A stretch of 64,000 nt of DNA from an uncultured Rhodothermales bacterium (GTDB taxonomy: Bacteria; Bacteroidota; Rhodothermia; Rhodothermales; VXPQ01). Every line of letters starts with the position of its first letter. Position 1 is the stretch's first letter. Position numbers and translations under genes: made by a program. The notes beneath the pieces were generated by a model. It worked only from the letters and a program-made list of their open reading frames with translations. It had not been told where the DNA came from and made no database searches. Below, piece by piece: positions 20,718 to 28,844 of the stretch. Where the stretch lies: the NCBI GenBank assembly GCA_965651265.1, contig CBFGRV010000003.1, positions 30,472 to 94,471 of the forward strand, written 5' to 3'.

Positions 20718-21833
20718 TCACGCCCCGGCGAAACGCAATGGCGAGAACGGCGCCAGCCACTCACTGATGGCGCCCTCGGCCACGGAACGCGCCATCTCTT
20801 CAGCGACGATGGGTGTCAGGAGGATGCCGTGCCGGAAGAGGCCCGTTGCCATCACGATTCCGGGTGCGCTGGATGGCCCCAGAATCGGAAGGTGGTCGCG
20901 ACTCGCCGGCCGCAGCCCGGCCCACATGTCCCGAACCGGCAGGTCGTAGATGCCCGGCACGATTTCCCATCCTCCCTCCAGCAGGCGGTAGAGCCCGCCG
21001 GCCGTCACGCGCACGTCGAAGCCCATCTCCTCACTGGTGGCCCCTACGAGGAGCCGGCCGGATGATTTCGGGACCACATAGGCCTGCGGGCCGCGCACGA
21101 CGTGCACCAGGCCAAACGGCGCCTCCATGTGCAGCTCGACCATCTGCCCCTTCACCGGGCGCACGGGCGGCCTGTCCACCATCCCCTCGACGTCGCGCGA
21201 CCAGACGCCCGCGGCGATGATGATCGCGGAGCCGGCCACCCGCTCGCCATCCTCCAGAACGATGCTCGGCGCGATCTCGTCCGGCTTCACGGCCCGCACC
21301 GGCGAGTGTTCGTGTAGCACGCCGCCGGCGGCGAGGAAGGCGGCCTTCAGCGCCTCGACGAGCAGCCGGTTGTCGACTTGATAATCCTGCGGCGAGTGCA
21401 CGGCCGCGGCCAACCGGGGCGCGACGAACGGCTCCAGCTCGAGTGCCTCCGCACCGGTTAGCCAGCGAACCTCGAGCCCCGTCTCGCGCATGAATTCGTA
21501 GCGGCGCCGCAGCGCCTCGGCGGCGTCGCGATCGTCGGCCACGATGAGCGTGCCGTCCGTGCGAAGATCCACGTCGATTCCGCTCGCCGACTCGAGCTCG
21601 GCCGCAAAATCGGGCCAGCGCCGCGCACTCTCGCGCGTGAGCCCGTAAAACTCCACCTCCTCGAATCCGAGCTCCGTATCCGGCGCGAGCATACCGGCCG
21701 AAAGCCACGTCGTGCCGCGGCCTGCCTCGCCGCGTTCGTAGATAACGGTCTCGCGACCGCGCCGGGCGAGCTGCCACCCGATGGACAGGCCCATCGCGCC
21801 GGCGCCGATAATGAGGATGGGGGATGATGTCAT
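20718..21833 (-). CDS. thiO: Glycine oxidase ThiO
   Basis: IIGAGAMG FAD motif; SAGMLAP, RPVKGQ, WAGLRP and GLFRHGILLTP; operon context. Confidence 0.93.
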   Translation of the reverse strand: MTSSPILIIGAGAMGLSIGWQLARRGRETVIYERGEAGRGTTWLSAGMLAPDTELGFEEVEFYGLTRESARRWPDFAAELESASGIDVDLRTDGTLIVADDRDAAEALRRRYEFMRETGLEVRWLTGAEALELEPFVAPRLAAAVHSPQDYQVDNRLLVEALKAAFLAAGGVLHEHSPVRAVKPDEIAPSIVLEDGERVAGSAIIIAAGVWSRDVEGMVDRPPVRPVKGQMVELHMEAPFGLVHVVRGPQAYVVPKSSGRLLVGATSEEMGFDVRVTAGGLYRLLEGGWEIVPGIYDLPVRDMWAGLRPASRDHLPILGPSSAPGIVMATGLFRHGILLTPIVAEEMARSVAEGAISEWLAPFSPLRFAGA

Positions 21834-21898
21834 GTTCAAACAGGGCCGTGGTTACGCTCCTCTAGAAACTGCACGGTTCTGATCCGGTTCGAAGCAGC

Positions 21899-23146
21899 GT
21901 GTTCAGAGCTTTCTTGATCCTTCTCCTCGCCGGCACGCTCGCCTCGTGTGCCGGGTCTCGTTCAGGGCTCAACAGCGGCACCCTCCAATCGCTCCTCGCC
22001 TCGCGTGACTACTTCACGATGCGCGAGCGGCTGATCAGGATGTCGGGCTCCCCCGACCGGCTCGTGGCCGAAGCAGCCGTGCTCAATGCCTTCAACCAGC
22101 CCGCCGCGTCCAACGAGGCCATCGACCGCCTGCTCGCGTCCTCCGAGGTGGACGACGAGTTGCGCCTCGAGCTGACGCGGATTCAGCGGGCGAATTTCAT
22201 TCGCCTCCACCGGTTCGACGACGCGTACCGCGCCGCGCGCGAGGCCCTGCTGTTGCCGCCCAATTCCGCCGAAAAGCGGCGTGATGATCAGAACATCGAG
22301 ATCTTCCTGCGCGCTCTGCGCGATGTCGCCCCGCAGACGGCCGTCATTGGCGGCACGAGTGAGGTCCGGCCCGACTCCGCCGGCCACTACCCCATCCTCA
22401 TCAACGGGCACACGCGCGCCTTCGCCCTCGACACCGGCGCCAACTTCAGCGTCCTGATGCGATCGGAGGCCGCCGCGCTCGGCCTCGAAATCCGCCCTGC
22501 CGGCTTCCAGGTGGGCACATCCACCGACATCAACATGCTCGCCGACGTGGCGATCGCCGACAGCGTCCGGATCGGCAGCGTCCGCTACCGCAACGTCGTC
22601 TTCCTCGTCTTCAACGACCGCGCGCTCACCTTCCCGAACGAGTTCGAGATCCGCGGCCTGATCGGCTTTCCCCTCATCGAAGCCATGCGCGAGGTTCATT
22701 TTCTGGAGGATGGATCCCTTCAGATCCCTGCGAGGCCGGTGGTGCCGGCCGTCGGCAACCTGGCCCTCGACGGCCTCGATCCCCTCATTCAGGTGCGTTG
22801 GCGCCGCAGCGATCTGATCTGCCGGCTCGACTCGGGCGCCAATAAAACGGCCTTCTACGAGCCCTTCTACAGGCGCTTCAAGGTAATCATCGACCGAACC
22901 GGCGAACCGCACAGGTCCCAGACCGGCGGCGTGGGGGGCGTCCGCGAGTTCGACGTGCGCGTGCTCCCGCGCACCCGAATCACCGTCGGCACGCGAACCG
23001 TGCACCTGGAAGATGTCCGCGTCCACGTCGAGCCGCTCCTGGCCGATGAGAAAAACTACCTCGACTGCAACGTCGGACGCGACGTCCTCGAACAGTTCGG
23101 GGAATACGCACTGAATTTCGAGTCGATGTCACTCGTGTTGCGGTAA
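21899..23146 (+). CDS. Lipoprotein with two retropepsin-like aspartyl protease domains
   Basis: Lipobox LAS-C; helical N-domain; FALDTGAN...GLIG and RLDSGAN...NVGRD motifs. Confidence 0.85.
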   Translation: MFRAFLILLLAGTLASCAGSRSGLNSGTLQSLLASRDYFTMRERLIRMSGSPDRLVAEAAVLNAFNQPAASNEAIDRLLASSEVDDELRLELTRIQRANFIRLHRFDDAYRAAREALLLPPNSAEKRRDDQNIEIFLRALRDVAPQTAVIGGTSEVRPDSAGHYPILINGHTRAFALDTGANFSVLMRSEAAALGLEIRPAGFQVGTSTDINMLADVAIADSVRIGSVRYRNVVFLVFNDRALTFPNEFEIRGLIGFPLIEAMREVHFLEDGSLQIPARPVVPAVGNLALDGLDPLIQVRWRRSDLICRLDSGANKTAFYEPFYRRFKVIIDRTGEPHRSQTGGVGGVREFDVRVLPRTRITVGTRTVHLEDVRVHVEPLLADEKNYLDCNVGRDVLEQFGEYALNFESMSLVLR

Positions 23147-23203
23147 GATGAGCCCTGGGAATCGCGGTGGCGATTCCGAATCTTGTGGGATAGAGGGAAA
23201 CTG

Positions 23204-23347
23204 ATGGCGGATGTCGACTTCATCATCGCCGGGGGCGGGTTGGCCGGCGCCTGCGCCGCCTTCCGATTAGACAGGCACGGGTCCGTCCTCGTCATTGACC
23301 GCCCGAACCCGCACCGGGTCGACCTGGGGCGCTCTCGCGCTTGTTGA
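23204..23347 (+). pseudogene. Truncated N-terminal fragment of an FAD-dependent oxidoreductase
   Basis: Own translation: MADVDFIIAGGGLAGACAAFRLDRHGSVLVIDRPNPHRVDLGRSRAC*. Complete Rossmann beta-alpha-beta (GxGxxG plus acidic residue) after a GAGGG RBS, then loses family character inside the convergent gene. Confidence 0.7.
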
Positions 23348-24485
23348 ACCGCAGGCAGGCGTTGCCCAGATAGATCAGATCCCCCGACTCCAGTGTTACG
23401 GGACGCCGCTTCACGGGGATGGGTACCGGGAAGCTCTCGCGTACTACGGAAGTGCCCGCCGTGCTGTTGTCGTCGCGCACCACGAATTCGCCGCTGCGCT
23501 CGTCGAAGGTGATGGTGGCGTGGGCGCGAGAGACGGTTCGATTGATGCGCTGTAGGTCGTCCGGCAACCCCTCGTAGTGATCGAACACCACGCGGTTGTA
23601 GCGGACGATCCGGCCCCGACGATCCGCTACCTGGCTCGTGCGCCCGATCGGCATCGGGCCGTCGCTCTTCAGCAGATACCACTCCTGCTCGGCCTTACCG
23701 TGCACTACGGCCAGCGTGGCCGTCGCGGCCTCTGCCCTTCGGTGCAGCTCGACGGCGTATGGGTCGGCGCCGTAGGGCCAGGCCGCCTCGTGAAATCGGG
23801 TGCGGATGCGCAGGCGGTCTGCATCTCGGAGGCCCGCATTGGCCAGTTGGCGCCGCACGGCATCCCCGAAGGGTCGCTCATGTCCCTCGATAGCCGATTC
23901 GAAAAGCAACTTCGTGGGCTCGTCGGGCGAGTGCAGGTGGATGGTGATGCCCTTGAGCGCCGGGTTGCTCCGGTGCGGCTCGACGGCATCTTCCACGGCA
24001 TCGAGGATGTCGCGCCGAAGCTCGAGCGGCTCGAGGGCGAGGCTGCGTCCGACCCCCGAACCCGAGCCCGTCAACTCAGCCTTCATCAGCTCGAGGACCT
24101 GCGGCTCGAGCCGGTCGGCCTCCTCATCGGCCCCAACAGCGCGGAGCAGGTGGATGGTATCCTCGAGCGCCCGTCGGGTCTCCGCCGCGGTCAGATCCGC
24201 CTGATGAGCCCATTTCGTACGCACTTCCTTCAGCAAACTCGCCCGACTGCGTCCCTCATGTCCGATCTCCCGGAAGCTCCGGAAGTACCTCTTATATATG
24301 AGCATCAACAGATCGCTCGTATCCCAACGCTCCGGAGGCTTGTCGTGGAGGACGCTGCGGGCTTCGGCCACCCAATCGGGGCCGTAGGCCTCGTGCATCT
24401 CCCTCTCGACGAACGGCCTCAACACGTCATACAGTAAATCCAGGGCATCACCTATGAGCGCTCGATATGAGGGCTGTGCGTCCAA
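23292..24485 (-). CDS. Swt1-like HEPN domain + FhaA-like middle domain + C-terminal FHA domain
   Basis: N-terminal ALDLL...LRPFVERE...GPDW...WD..DLL...KEVRTKWAH (R-x4-H); C-terminal IGR...VSRAHA...DDNSTAGT...L.SGD.IYLG FHA. Start uncertain (TTG 24485 chosen; ORF track gives 24551). Confidence 0.75.
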   Translation of the reverse strand: MDAQPSYRALIGDALDLLYDVLRPFVEREMHEAYGPDWVAEARSVLHDKPPERWDTSDLLMLIYKRYFRSFREIGHEGRSRASLLKEVRTKWAHQADLTAAETRRALEDTIHLLRAVGADEEADRLEPQVLELMKAELTGSGSGVGRSLALEPLELRRDILDAVEDAVEPHRSNPALKGITIHLHSPDEPTKLLFESAIEGHERPFGDAVRRQLANAGLRDADRLRIRTRFHEAAWPYGADPYAVELHRRAEAATATLAVVHGKAEQEWYLLKSDGPMPIGRTSQVADRRGRIVRYNRVVFDHYEGLPDDLQRINRTVSRAHATITFDERSGEFVVRDDNSTAGTSVVRESFPVPIPVKRRPVTLESGDLIYLGNACLRFNKRESAPGRPGAGSGGQ

Positions 24486-27400
24486 GGGTGGATCGGTACG
24501 TGATCGATGGTGGAGAATCGGTCTCGCGTGGCCGGCGTTCGGGCCGTGCAACTACTTCGGAGATGATGCCAAGATCGGCGGCCGCTTCGATGATCGCGCG
24601 GGCGATCGGAGCGGCAACGACACTGCCCGAGCCGCCCTCCTCGACGAGCACGCCGACGGCGATCTTTCGACGTGAGCCGCCCGAAACAGATCCCCGACTC
24701 CCCGGGGGAGCCGCTCCTGCGTGCGCCGGATCCAGGTCGTACGGCGCGAACGCCGCAAACCAGGCATGATTGTTCTTGCCGTCTTCCTCGGCCGTCCCTG
24801 TCTTCCCGGCGATGGGCACGCGTGCATCTCGAAGCGATCTGGCCGTCCCGTGCGGATCGGTGACGACGCCGCGCATCGCCGAAGCGAGTAGGTGCAGCTG
24901 CTCCGGACGAAGATCAAACGTCAGCTCCGCGGCTTGATGGGCAGCCGTCACGCGCGCATCGCGGCCTGCAAAAGAGGCAGCGACGGAATGCGGCGCGCGC
25001 ACCCATCGGGGCCGCACCACCCGCCCTCCGTTCGCCACCGTGGCGGCCACACGCGCGACCTGCAGCGGACCGCCCACGATGGGCCCCTGACCAAAGCCGA
25101 CCTGGCGGAGGTTGTCCGGCGCGTTGAGCAGCACGAGTTTCGCTCGCCGGTCTAGCCCGGGTGGACCCAGCCGAAATCCAAACGACTCGAGCGCATCGAG
25201 CAGCCTCTCCGCACCGACCACGTCATGCGCCAGGGCGGCGAAGTACACATTCGACGAGGAGACGATGGCCCGCCGTAGCCCCACGGTACCCGTCGGCTCG
25301 CCGCGCCGCGCATAACGATCCGACGCGCGCACGAGGTGCGTCCAACCACCGCTCGATGGCGCCGCCGACAGCGCTGCCATGGCCGTGACCAGCTTGAAGG
25401 TCGATCCCGGCGGCTTCGCGCCCTGCCCGAAGCCTCGGTCGAACGCGAATGGATCGCCGTGAAGCGTGGAGGGATCATCGAGGTTTGGCGGAGGATGCGT
25501 GACCGACGCCAGCACCTCGCCCGTCGATGCATCGATCACGACAGCGGACGAGATCAGACCGGCGGCCGTCTTCTCTGCAAGGATTTCGCTCACGGCCTGC
25601 TGCAAGTGGATGTCGATGGTCAGCTGAAGGTCGCGATTCCGTGCCAGCATCGACCGGGCGGCGCGCGAACGCCGGCGACTGCCGATCAGCGGAAGTAAGT
25701 CGTGATAGTCGTATCGGATCACCTCCTTGCCATCCACCGGTACAGGCTGAGGGCGGTTGTCGTAGCCGCGCAGATAGGACAGGAAACGATGCTCCGCGAA
25801 AAGGCTGTTGTCGGCGCCCCACTTGACGCGCCGATTGACGTCGCCGAGAAGGTAGAAGGTCGATGGGGCAAATGGATAAATCCGGCCGCGCGGATCTTCG
25901 GCGTCGATGGCGGCGCGCACGGAATCCGGAAGCACCTCCGAACGACCGCTGTCAATGGCGAGAATGATGCCGTTGCGGTCGCGGATCGTTCCGCGGCCCA
26001 GCACCTCCCTCGCTGCAAAAATCCGGGGGTTGTAGGCAAAGGCACGCTCACCGGATGCCCGTGGCACGAGCGTCGGCCTCACCGCCAGGTCATCCGCCCG
26101 GATCAGCTGGATATCCGCCGCGCGCCATCCGACCGCCGCTAGCAGCACGAAAGCCGCGGCAGACGCCACCCGCATCGGCATCCCGAACTTCTCATCCACG
26201 GATGCATCCGCCGACTCCGTGCGTGCGGAGACCGCCGCAATCAGGCCGAGAAGCGCGAAGTTGACGATCATCGACGATTTCCCGTAGCTGAGGAACGGCG
26301 TCACGATTCCGGAGAGGGGAGCCAGGCCCGTCGTGCCTCCCGCGATCAGGAACAGTTGGAAGAGCAGCATCAGCCCCGCGCCGCCCGCCAGGAAGACGCC
26401 CAGAACCGCCGGCGAGCGCCGCGCGATCAGAAAGATGCGCACGAAAAGCGCCGTGTAGAGGATCAGGATGGCCAGGAGTCCGGCAAGTCCCAGCTCCTCG
26501 CCGAGCGCCGGGAGCACCATGTCCGTGTGCGCCGCCGGAACCGCCGATGTGCTGCCCATCCCGAGCCCTGTCCCGAGCGGCCCGCCCGATGCCATCGCCC
26601 AGTAGGCGTGCGCCAGGTGCTCACCACCGGTGACGTGGTTGCTCCAGGGCGATAGCAGCATGCTCATCCGGTCCGCCACGATCGGCACCGCGCCCGTCGC
26701 GTAGATGACCCAGAACCCGCCCAGCATCGCGGCGAAACCGGCCGCAGAAGCCCACCATCGCCCACGAGCCGTCGCATAGAGCACGAGAAATGTACTGCCG
26801 AGGACGAGCGCCGGCCCCATGTCGCGCAGCACGAAGCACGAGGCCAGGGTCAGCGCCACGCCGGCGGTCACGGGCCACACGTCGCGCAACCGCGGTACAT
26901 CCACCCGTCTCAGCCAGCGCGGGAGTGCCCGGCGCTCGCGCAGCTCGCGCAGGAATCGCCAGTTCCGGGCGAAATAGCCTGCCATGAAGAGCATCAGGCA
27001 GAGCTTCACGATCTCCATCGGCTGGATGCGGCCAAGGCCCGGCAGCTCGAGGTTGACGCGCGCACCGCTTCCGATGGGCCCCGACCCGATGGCGTACATC
27101 ACGAAGACCGTCGCAAGGGCTCCCACGAGCCAGACGCCGTGCTGCCGGCGCCAGAATTTGCTTCGGATGTCGACGAGGCTTGCCGCCAGAAAGGCTCCCC
27201 ACCCCGCTGCCGTCCCGATCGCGAAGGGCCACCCGAGAGCCACGCCGCCGATGCTCATCATCAGGAGCATCCCGAGACCCGTCATCAGGTGTAGAAGCGG
27301 CAGGAGGATCGGATCGGCCGCGTGACGGCGCGCCATCCAGACGCCGTGCACGATATAGGGCGGCGCCAGAAAGGCCGCCACCATCCACCAGATGCTCCTC

Positions 27401-27561
27401 CATCCCGCTCCGGATTCCGATCCGCTCGACGCGCCAGGCTCCGCGCCCATTGCCCCGGCAACGAGCGCCACGCCCACCATCACAACGACAGTCGACGCGG
27501 CGAGGAGCCGGCGCTCCTTGAAGCGGCGACTCAGAATGGCTTGCTCGATAGGTGCAATCAT
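24448..27561 (-). CDS. Fused SEDS glycosyltransferase (FtsW/RodA/SpoVE) - class B penicillin-binding transpeptidase
   Basis: SEDS motifs IQPMEIVK, DMGPA, PAAHTDM and PFLSYGKSS; PBP motifs GSTFK (SxxK), SSN (SxN) and GKTGTAE (KTG). Confidence 0.92.
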   Translation of the reverse strand: MIAPIEQAILSRRFKERRLLAASTVVVMVGVALVAGAMGAEPGASSGSESGAGWRSIWWMVAAFLAPPYIVHGVWMARRHAADPILLPLLHLMTGLGMLLMMSIGGVALGWPFAIGTAAGWGAFLAASLVDIRSKFWRRQHGVWLVGALATVFVMYAIGSGPIGSGARVNLELPGLGRIQPMEIVKLCLMLFMAGYFARNWRFLRELRERRALPRWLRRVDVPRLRDVWPVTAGVALTLASCFVLRDMGPALVLGSTFLVLYATARGRWWASAAGFAAMLGGFWVIYATGAVPIVADRMSMLLSPWSNHVTGGEHLAHAYWAMASGGPLGTGLGMGSTSAVPAAHTDMVLPALGEELGLAGLLAILILYTALFVRIFLIARRSPAVLGVFLAGGAGLMLLFQLFLIAGGTTGLAPLSGIVTPFLSYGKSSMIVNFALLGLIAAVSARTESADASVDEKFGMPMRVASAAAFVLLAAVGWRAADIQLIRADDLAVRPTLVPRASGERAFAYNPRIFAAREVLGRGTIRDRNGIILAIDSGRSEVLPDSVRAAIDAEDPRGRIYPFAPSTFYLLGDVNRRVKWGADNSLFAEHRFLSYLRGYDNRPQPVPVDGKEVIRYDYHDLLPLIGSRRRSRAARSMLARNRDLQLTIDIHLQQAVSEILAEKTAAGLISSAVVIDASTGEVLASVTHPPPNLDDPSTLHGDPFAFDRGFGQGAKPPGSTFKLVTAMAALSAAPSSGGWTHLVRASDRYARRGEPTGTVGLRRAIVSSSNVYFAALAHDVVGAERLLDALESFGFRLGPPGLDRRAKLVLLNAPDNLRQVGFGQGPIVGGPLQVARVAATVANGGRVVRPRWVRAPHSVAASFAGRDARVTAAHQAAELTFDLRPEQLHLLASAMRGVVTDPHGTARSLRDARVPIAGKTGTAEEDGKNNHAWFAAFAPYDLDPAHAGAAPPGSRGSVSGGSRRKIAVGVLVEEGGSGSVVAAPIARAIIEAAADLGIISEVVARPERRPRETDSPPSITYRSTLGRTALISSAHR

Positions 27562-27576
27562 GGCACTGGGCCGCCG

Positions 27577-27687
27577 CTACGAAGGGCGCCCGGAAACCGA
27601 ATCGTGGAGAAACCGAAGGGCCAGGCCTGCGAGCAGGATCAGAAAGACGTAATGCCCGGCGTCGTATAGAAAAGTCGTCCAGCTCAT
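27577..27687 (-). CDS. 36-aa single-TM peptide
   Basis: MSWTTFLYDAGHYVFLILLAGLALRFLHDSVSGRPS; ATG a few nt after the upstream stop and stop about 15 nt before the next ATG, filling the gap in the operon. Confidence 0.55.
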   Translation of the reverse strand: MSWTTFLYDAGHYVFLILLAGLALRFLHDSVSGRPS

Positions 27688-27692
27688 CTGCG

Positions 27693-28793
27693 TCAGTGGG
27701 GCTCGTCGGTGCCCTGTTCCGGCTCGAGAGCCTCGAACTGGATGATGACGGCATCGGCCAGATTGATTTCGGCGCGGGAAGGGAGCCCGTGCCACTCTCC
27801 CGACGGCTCGAGCAGCTTGCCGTTCACGCGCGTACCGAAGCGGCCGAGGTTCTTGATCTGGAACGAGGCGCCGTCGCGGCGAATCACGACGTGCTCGCGC
27901 GAAACGTCCGCCTGGGTTCTTAGGGGGATATCGAGCTCGATGCCCGACGGCTCGTCGTGGCGGCCGATCACGACGCGCCGCTTCTCGAAATAGAAGGTGT
28001 GGCGCCCCTCGCGATCTTCGTACTCGAGACGTGCGACCGCGCCGGCGGGAGCGCTCTCCCTGTCTGCATCTTTCCGCTTGCGCACACCTTTCCGCTCTCG
28101 GGAAGGATGGACGTCCTGCTGATGGGCGTCGTCTTCTTCTCGCGGGCTAATGACCGGCGTGGTGATGCTCGTCGAACCCGCGGCAGACGATGCGCCCGGA
28201 TCTCCGGCACCGTCTCCGAAGGAGGCCGTGCCGTCTCGAACGGCACCCGTGCCGCGGTCCTGTTCGCCTACCCGTCCGAGCCCGCCGGGTGGCGTGATCA
28301 GAATGGTCTCGAACCCCCCGTCCGGCTTGCGCGTCGTGCGACGCCGGAGATACAGCCCGGTATCCCCGCGCATCACCGGCGAGATCCTTCCGCCGAAGTC
28401 CGTTTCGACGGCCAGATAGTCGATCCGCGCCGAGGGTTCCGCCGCCACGAGCACATCGATGGCCCACTCTTCGCCCGAGCGCTCGATACGCTGCGCGCCG
28501 GGCACGAGCCGCCGCAGCCGGTGGTCGGGATAGAAAAGACGAAGCAGCGGCCGGAACAGCCGCCCGAAGATCCCTCCGGCCGGCGGATTGAGCCTCTCGA
28601 GTTCCCCATCCAGCCGCTGCCTCGCCTGCGTTTTGATGCGCGATAAAATGGGCTCCAACTCCCGATAGGCATCGGGGTGGATCAGCACGTCGTAGACCGT
28701 CGGCACGAGCACGATGTCCGTGTCGAGCGGCTCGTGCGCATCGTGCATGGCCTGAACGATGCTCTCGACGATATCGCGTGCGGTGGGACGCAT
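27693..28793 (-). CDS. FhaA-like protein (DUF3662-like N-terminus, disordered linker, C-terminal FHA)
   Basis: VPTVYDVLIHPDAY...L N-domain; FHA IGR...DVSREH...NLGRFGTRVNG. Confidence 0.8.
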   Translation of the reverse strand: MRPTARDIVESIVQAMHDAHEPLDTDIVLVPTVYDVLIHPDAYRELEPILSRIKTQARQRLDGELERLNPPAGGIFGRLFRPLLRLFYPDHRLRRLVPGAQRIERSGEEWAIDVLVAAEPSARIDYLAVETDFGGRISPVMRGDTGLYLRRRTTRKPDGGFETILITPPGGLGRVGEQDRGTGAVRDGTASFGDGAGDPGASSAAGSTSITTPVISPREEDDAHQQDVHPSRERKGVRKRKDADRESAPAGAVARLEYEDREGRHTFYFEKRRVVIGRHDEPSGIELDIPLRTQADVSREHVVIRRDGASFQIKNLGRFGTRVNGKLLEPSGEWHGLPSRAEINLADAVIIQFEALEPEQGTDEPH

Positions 28794-28844
28794 TTGGGAA
28801 AGGCTGCTGGTCGCTTGTTACTGGTGGTGTGAACCGGGAACGAA

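Noticed and set aside
21865-21900. CTGATCCGGTT resembling part of a TPP riboswitch
   Set aside because: Wrong strand for thiO, and the remaining conserved TPP elements are absent.
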